Source: Octopus sinensis
Lineage: Eukaryota
Assembly (NCBI RefSeq): GCF_006345805.1
Contig: NC_043026.1
Coordinates: 2,976,001 to 3,040,000 of the forward strand
Length of the DNA: 64,000 nt
Direction: 5' to 3'
Positions 56,279-64,000 of the stretch are shown in pieces (within the stretch, counting starts at the first letter, position 1; each line of letters opens with the position of its first letter). The position numbers and the translations under genes are program-made. A model generated the notes under the pieces. It saw only the letters and a program-made list of their open reading frames with translations, ran no database searches and had not been told where the DNA came from.

Positions 56279-56490
56279 CGAGGGTGAGTCAAAAAGTAAT
56301 GCCATTTTGTTTAGGACAGGTATAATTACCAACACAGGAACATGTATCATACATCAAAATGAAGCTGGTCCTCTGTGGATCTCATCCCTACTTCTCAACA
56401 TAGTCACCATTTCTCTCAATAGCAATGTTCCACCTTCGAATGAGAGCATGTATCCCTGCCCTGTAAAATTCTGCTGATGTATAGTTGGAA
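56279..56490 (-). mobile_element. mariner 3' end fragment
   Basis: EFYRAGIHALIRRWNIAIERNGDYVEK* (mariner C-terminus); TIR ta|cgagggtgagtcaaaaagtaatg. Confidence 0.8.
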
Positions 56491-56825
56491 TTTACAAGAA
56501 ACAAAAGACGAAGACAGATGTGTAAACAACAAACAGGTATATATATATATATATATATATATACATACATGTGTTTGTATACATGTGCATGACTTTGTAT
56601 CTGTATTTACCGATATATTCTGCCCCCCCCCACACACACACACACTCATGCATGCACATATATGTAGGCTTGTTATTTGATCAACAGAACTACCTACTCT
56701 TGGAATCATGTAGTGCCAGTTGCTAACTACATTTTTCACAGTGACATGTACTCTTAACGAAATCTAGTGAGTGGAACAGAGACATGTGTGCATGTGTATA
56801 TATATATATGCATACGTTAATATAT

Positions 56826-56863
<38 letters not shown>

Positions 56864-56993
56864 TATATATATATACATACATACAGAGTTCTGCCCTTGG
56901 CATGTAGCTTCAACCGTGTTTTACTGACGTGAATTTGCTACCCAGGTATCGATTAACCAAATTATCAATACTAGGATAATTCATTCACCTACT

Positions 56994-57052
<59 letters not shown>

Positions 57053-57057
57053 AATAA

Positions 57058-57298
57058 ATGCGCCCTTTTAAAGCCTAGCCAGGCTCATGGGCCCAGTTTC
57101 TATGGCGTATGTGTTCCCCAGCTGGACGGGACGCCAGTCCATCGCAGCATTACTCATTTTTGCCAGCTGAGTGGACTGGAGCAACGTGAAATGAAGTGTT
57201 TTGCTCAAGAACACAACGCATCGCCTGGTCCAGGAATCTAAACTACAATCTTACAATCATGATGCTGACACCCTAACCACTAAGCCACACGCCTCCAC
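57058..57298 (-). mobile_element. tRNA-derived SINE family D (V-domain-like)
   Basis: tggcttagtggttagg head; ctgcgatggactggcgtcccgtccag. Confidence 0.7.
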
Positions 57299-57300
57299 AT

Positions 57301-57336
<36 letters not shown>

Positions 57337-57340
57337 GATA

Positions 57341-57379
<39 letters not shown>

Positions 57380-57556
57380 AAATTAGGGAATGGAGTAGAT
57401 AAATTCCATGAGGCTACATATATTTCATAGCTAGAAAAATATGTAGGCTGCATTTTATCTCCTCCGTTCCCTAATTTTTTAATGTTTATTTACATATACA
57501 ACAACCCCTGTTGCTAACTGAGAGTGATAAAATCAAGTTTTTGCAGTTTATCGTAT

Positions 57557-58068
57557 GCAGGAGTGGCTGTGTGGTAAGTAGCTTGCTAACCAACCACATG
57601 GTTCCGGGTTCAGTCCCACTGCGTGGCACCTTGGGCAAGTGTCTTCTGCTATAGCCCCGGGCCGACCAATGCCTTGTGAGTGGATTTGGTAGACAGAAAC
57701 TGAAAGAAGCCTGTCATATATATATATATATGTGTGTGTGTCTGTGTTTGTCCCCCTAGCATTGCTTGACAACCGATGCTGGTGTGTTTAGGTCCCCGTC
57801 ACTTAGCGGTTCGGCAAAAGAGACTGATAGAATAAGTACTGAGCTTAGAAAGAATAAGTCCTGGAGTCGATTTGCTCGACTAAAGACGGTGCTCCAGCAT
57901 GGCCACTGTCAAATGACTGAAACAAGTAAAAGAGTAAAAGAGAGTAACCTTCTTCATCAATAAACTGTTATTGTTCCTGAAAGTTGTTTATATATTCTCT
58001 GGACTGCTTGAAGCTCACTTTCTTCCTACACCTTGATCCTTAGATCTTATCTTTACATCTCTCTCTAC

Positions 58069-58115
<47 letters not shown>

Positions 58116-58701
58116 GGTTTGTGTTTGTGTGTGCATGTTTGTGTGTATATACATACATATATATGCATATGAACTAAATAACAATTGATTGACAAGTGCC
58201 AGTTCATTACAGCCGTTTCTAATGAATTTTTTAATTGATCAATTAGTACATTATATTCTTTTATTCTTTCTTTTATTTGTTTCAGGGATTTGACTGGCCA
58301 TGCTAGAGCACCGCCTTTAGTCAAGCAAATCGACCCCTGGACTTATTCTTTGTAAGCCTGGCACTTATTCTAATACTCTCTTTTGCCAAACCGCTAAGTT
58401 ACAGGGACATAAACACACCAATATTGGTTGTGAAATGAAAAACTGTTTTCCTTAGATGACACGTAAAAAGCACCATCCGACCGTGGCCGTTTGCCAGCCC
58501 CGTCTGGCACCTGTGCGGGTGGCACGTAAAAAGCACCCACTACACTCACGGAGTGGTTGGCGTTAGGAAGGGTATCCAACTGTAGAAACACTGCCAGATC
58601 AGACTGGGCCTGGTGTAGCCTTCTGGCTTCCCAGACCCCAGTTGAACCGTCCAACCCATGCCAGCATGGAAAACGGACGTTAAATGATGATGATGATGAT
58701 G
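57557..58701. mobile_element. SINE A (57557-57942, plus), SINE A 3' half (58255-58430, minus), SINE B (58457-58701, plus)
   Basis: Similarity to other copies. Confidence 0.85.
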
Positions 58702-59244
58702 AGTACATGAATTTTACAATGAAGGGATTTTTAAGAAATTTTTTGAAATTTCTGCTGCACGATCCAGTCATGGAATTACCAAGTATGTATGAGCCATGGA
58801 TTAAAAAGTTTCTTTAAATGTCTTCGATTGTAAAATTCATATATTCATCTGAAGAAAACAGTTCTTTATTATGGTATAATGTACTCATTGATCAATTAAA
58901 AAATTTGTTAGAAACGGCTGTAATGAACTGACACCTGCTCATCTATTGTAACTTATTTATTTTTAATTAACCTCTCCTGGAGCCTGCACCTTGCATATTC
59001 CGAATTTTGTTATTGACTGCATATTTAATTAAAATGTACATGTCTGAATAGCTCAAGAGTGGATTATTTACTTGGTTGGGTCCAATTAAGTGCATACGTT
59101 AATCAAATATCATTCTGCCAGTACTTCTGTACCAAGGTTGGTATTCACCTATAATTGTTGTACATGCAACCTAACTAGGTGCCTCACCTTTAAGTACCTT
59201 ATTCAAGTGAATCTTGTTATATTATATGTGCATATATGTATATG

Positions 59245-59277
<33 letters not shown>

Positions 59278-59334
59278 ATGAATATGTATATATATATATA
59301 TATATATGTACACACACACACACTTATGTGTACA

Positions 59335-59377
<43 letters not shown>

Positions 59378-59392
59378 ATATATAAATATATA

Positions 59393-59442
<50 letters not shown>

Positions 59443-59491
59443 CATGTATATATGGTGTATATAAAAATATATATATACATATACATATATA

Positions 59492-59565
<74 letters not shown>

Positions 59566-59877
59566 TACATATATATATATACATATATACATATATGTAT
59601 GTGTGTGTGTGTGTGTGTGTGTTTGTGTAAGATTTTTTTCAGAATGAGATGAAAAACCAAGACTGTGAAGATTTTAGAAAATCTTCACAGCCTTGGGTTT
59701 TTTAATCTCATTCTGAAGAAATTTTCTTTTATATATACACACGCTGATATATGACCTACGTTGGACTCCTTATTTGCATAATCACCAAACCTGAAGCTTA
59801 ACAATGGTCTGTCCATAGCACTTACTCAGCATTACCCGACACCTTGCAGGTCTTACTGACAACATTCCATTTCTCGC

Positions 59878-59924
<47 letters not shown>

Positions 59925-59934
59925 AAAAAAAATA

Positions 59935-60145
59935 CAAACTGAGACAAGAACACAAAACATTTAGAAGACGATACAAAAAACACAGACGGGACATTCGAAG
60001 CCTTCAATCTTCAGTCAAGAACCGGATCATCTTTGCAATTTTGGCTGATTAATCTTGAGATCGCTCCGATCTGGCCAGCCCCAAGGAAAAACTAAGCTAC
60101 GAGCATTAGATTTCTTGGAAAAAGGATCGAATGTGTACGAAACAG
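59935..60145. repeat. Dispersed repeat also at 40960-41160, possibly a Penelope-like terminal repeat
   Basis: Shared acagacggg.catt.gaagcctt.aatctt.agtca...ggccagcccca..gaaaaactaagct..gag.attagatttcttggaaaa. Confidence 0.6.
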
Positions 60146-61452
60146 GGACAGAAAAACGGACGATGCCACACGAATATAAATACAAAAAACAATAATAGTA
60201 AAAACAGGACAAAAGCAGCGGGTGTATATGTAAACACACACACACACATCTATATATATCTACACACACTTAACCGGTTTCTCACTAGATTTTCAAAATT
60301 GTATACTGTATGAATCTGTGTCAGAAATTATGTCTTATTTGGTTGCTGCTATAGAAACTACTTGTTTTTAAAGAAAGAATATGGCTCAGAATGCTATGTG
60401 TTAACATACAAATTCATTGGTTAACATTCGTGTGTGAAGCTCATTTGACAGTCGTATGAGAAGGTCACAGAAGTTTTTCTCCATTGAACATGTCATATGA
60501 CAATTAGAAAAGAGAAATATGAATAAGAAATACTTATTTTGCTGTGTTTTCTCCCTCATTTTATGTCAGGAGTAATAAAAACCGAAACTTGACTTTAAAA
60601 AGAAAATCATATAATTGTTGTTTATTTTTCTCTTGAAGAATAATTTTACCAATTAGTTCCCTTCCATTAAATATGTTAAAACATACCCCTTCTTTTGCTA
60701 AGAATGTGTTGTGTAACTTAAATAATGAGTGGAATAAATAAGATAGGTGATAGCTGCTATATGTATTATGGTTTCCTTAAGAACAAGGACAAGATATACA
60801 TAATGTACTTCTCCAATAATTAATTCATAGGAAAAAGTGAACTGTGAATTACTGATGTCTTTATGGATTTTTCATCCATGGCTTGAATTTTTTAATTAAA
60901 TGAATTTTCCTTATTCATTCTTGTTAGATCTGTGGTATTATGTGCATGCTGTTAGATTGTGAAGATAAATAAGTTGAGAGTTTTGGTTTTTGTGCATGTG
61001 TTTAGATGTTCATTAAGTGGAATTTGCCTAGTCCTAGGATCTTGCATTTGTTGATGATGAATTATTAATCTCATTCTTAACGAGTTTAGTTTGTCCAATT
61101 TAAACTTCTCTGCATTTGATGACAAATATTAAATTTTTGGAGAACGACTAAAAATGATATTTCACAGTAAAGACTTGTCCCAGTTTAAATTTACAAGTTG
61201 TGTTCTCAATAAGGATTACACTGAATATTTCTGTTTCTTTGGTTGTGTGTAATGATTAAGGATATAGTCTTGGTGTACCTGAACTGTTTTTGGCTTCCCA
61301 TAATCTCATAGGGATCAATTGCATAAGAATAGCCTCTGGATATCAGATTGCACTGGTGGTGCTTTTCCATTGCCACAGTCTTTGGGCTGAAACATATAAA
61401 AGAATATAAGAATATAAGAATATATAAGAATATAAATATAAATTTAAATATA

Positions 61453-62480
61453 CAGGGTGTCCCAAAATTAAGGCAACCAAAGTTTCAGGCTTTAATAACT
61501 ATCAATAAATGTGATAAAGTATGAAAATTATGCATAATTATAAAAGCCTTGTGTGTCTCCTAAGTAAATTCAGATATATAAATTAGATAATGGCTATAGA
61601 CTGAAATACAATCATAACCCTCCACAAAGGAGGAAAAAGTAATACAATTATAGCAAAAAATTTTTAAATTAACCAAACAATAGTCTGGAAAATTGTCAAG
61701 AAGTTTCAAGAGACTGGTTCTATTGCTGATCGCCCTGCAGGATGTGGCTGGAAAAGAAGTGTGCAAACCCCTCAGTTTATCAAAAGTACCAGAGAAAAGA
61801 TACGGCAAAATCCTTGTCATTCTATCAGAAAACTGGCTACCATAGCAAAAAGAAATTGAACATCAATATATTGAATGCTGAAGGAGGATCTCAGGACCCA
61901 CCCCTACATCATCCACCATCCTGAGTTCACGCAAGTTTATAAGGCCAAGAGACTAGAGAGAAATCATCTTATCCTGTGTCAGATTGCTTCCCAACCTGGT
62001 CTTCATTGACGAAAAGAAATTTGACATCAAATAGGCAAGTAAACCACCAGAATGACTAACTGTGAATTGTATCTGGCCCTGTCGAGGGTAAACTCGTAAA
62101 TCAACGCCAAAATCAACAGTCAGTTTTGGTTTGGGTGGCTGTGAAAACCACTGGAAGGTCTCCTCTAGTTTTTGTGCCCTCAGGAGTTAAAATTAACATC
62201 CAGCGATGCATTACTGGCATTTTGGAAGCTGAACTGCTTTCATGGGTGAATGAGCACTTTAAAAATGCATTTTGGAGCCTCCACCAGGATTCAGGACCAT
62301 CCCACAGCTCCAAACAGACACAACACTGGATTCAGAAAAACATAGTCAAGGATGTTTGTCCCTCAAGAAGCCCTGATCTCAATTCGCTGGATTTTTCTGT
62401 TTGGCCCATTTTGAAGACGAGTGTCTCAAGCACTTCTCATGCTTTGCTTGGTGCTCTAAATGCAAAACCGCACCAGGAAT
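61453..62480 (+). mobile_element. DD37D-like Tc1/mariner remnant
   Basis: ta|cagggtgtcccaaaatt TIR; VFIDEKKF, VWVAV..TGRSPLVFVPSGVKIN, HQDSGPSH, PSRSPDLNSLDFSVW. Confidence 0.8.
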
Positions 62481-62489
62481 AGGCTTTGA

Positions 62490-62910
62490 TTCTGCAGAGT
62501 CCTGTTGCCCGACATAGGGTCTTCCAGCAGCCACCTTCCTCCAGGCATTGATGTAGGCCTCTATGTTGTGTCTGAGGCCATGTGAGGCCATAACATCACC
62601 ATCACTAGTGATCTCTCCAAACACCATGATGTTGACTGGATGTTTGATTTTTATCACTATCGGTACATGTCCTCAGATTGACACCCAAACACTCTGAAAT
62701 ATTCATATTGGAGCTTCTGGCATGAATATCAAGCAGTCCGCATGTCGTTTCCAAATTTCTGGCAGAGTGAATTGCATCACAGTACTGTCTTTTTTGCAGA
62801 CGGTGCCCAACTGACCCTACTATACTATGTAGTCGAAGAAATCAAAAACAATGTGCATGCTTCTAATTAGAAATATATACTGGCAGCAATTTACACATAA
62901 CACCCTCAGT
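62490..62910 (-). mobile_element. Second deleted copy of the 30178-31130 DD37D family
   Basis: KIKHPVNIMVFGEITSDG...VAAGRPYVGQQDSA; shares ggtgcccaactgaccctactatact with 31018-31043. Confidence 0.8.
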
Positions 62911-63167
62911 ATATATGATGGGCTTCTTTCAGTTTCCGTCTACCAAATCCACTGACAAGGCTTTCATCAGCCTGAGGCAATAGTCAAAGACTCTTAACAA
63001 AGGTGCCACACATGCATGGAGTTACAATTTTATGCACCCAACAAAGTATTATCGTTAAGCTGAAACTGTTGCTAATGTAAAAAGAAATGGAATGGGGAAA
63101 CTGTTTTTTCCTTTTCTGAAAAAGCAACGTTTTGGACTTAAGACACTTTTCATAATAGCAACAATAT

Positions 63168-63577
63168 ACTCTTTACTCTTTTACTTGTTTCAGTCATTTG
63201 ACTGCGGCCATGCTGGAGCACCACCTTTAGTCGAGCAAATCGACTCCAGGACTTATTCTTTGTAAGCCCAGTACTTATTCTATCGGTCTCTTTTGCTGAA
63301 CCGCTAAGTGACGGGGACATAAACACACCAGCATCGGTTGTCAAGCAATGCTAGGGGGACAAACACAGACACACAAACATACACACAAATACATATATAT
63401 ATACATATATACGACAGGCTTCTTTTCAGTTTCCGTCTACCAAATCCACTCACAAGGCATTAGTCAGCCTGGGGCTATAGCAGAAGACACTTGCCCAAGA
63501 TGCCACGCAGTGGGACTGAACCCGGAACCATGTGGTTGGTTAGCAAGCTACTTACCACACAGCCACTCCTGCATACC
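63168..63577 (-). mobile_element. SINE family A, full length
   Basis: Matches the family consensus. Confidence 0.9.
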
Positions 63578-63709
63578 TATGGCCCTTTGTTTCTCCATTT
63601 CTCTGTGTGTGTGTGTAAAAGCATTTAATTACACGTTGGTGTTTGTCTCTATATTTATGTATGTGGGTATATATCTATATCTGTATCTGTCTGTATACAT
63701 ATATATGTA

Positions 63710-63746
<37 letters not shown>

Positions 63747-63838
63747 TTTTATCCCTTATATTCTAGTTCACCAATCAGCTTTTAAGTGTCATACACTAAT
63801 ACAATAGTCATGCATCTATTTCATATAAAATACATGAG

Positions 63839-63883
<45 letters not shown>

Positions 63884-64000
63884 CACACATACATATATAT
63901 ATATGTGTGTGTATGCATACATATATATATATACATACATGCATACATACGCATACATATATATTCATATATATATGATATATAATATATATATATACTG

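Overview
Eukaryotic, repeat-saturated genomic DNA, most likely an octopus or other coleoid cephalopod. This is inferred from the SINE families and the microsatellite load and is not verified. There is one 100-N gap (44534-44633) with a low-quality CA-rich flank. Almost all ORFs in the supplied track are translations of microsatellites or SINEs. The one convincing host coding sequence is missing from the track because it runs off the window edge: a minus-strand exon with an acceptor at 2216/2215 and ATG at 1982, open for 660 codons to position 1. Most of the window is probably intron of that gene. Mobile elements include a near-intact 5'-truncated HERO-type RLE non-LTR retrotransposon (about 16320-19580, minus), CR1, RTE and Penelope-like fragments, three Helitrons, Tc1, DD37D, mariner, Tigger and pogo remnants, and many copies of at least four SINE families. 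The top finding is in the HERO 3' UTR. It holds every conserved hammerhead ribozyme core strand (GUC, GAAA, CUGAUGA) with correct stem I and stem III pairing. However, the strands are in an order matching none of types I, II or III, and extra helices would make the fold a multiply pseudoknotted variant. Canonical Penelope-type minimal hammerheads are also present.
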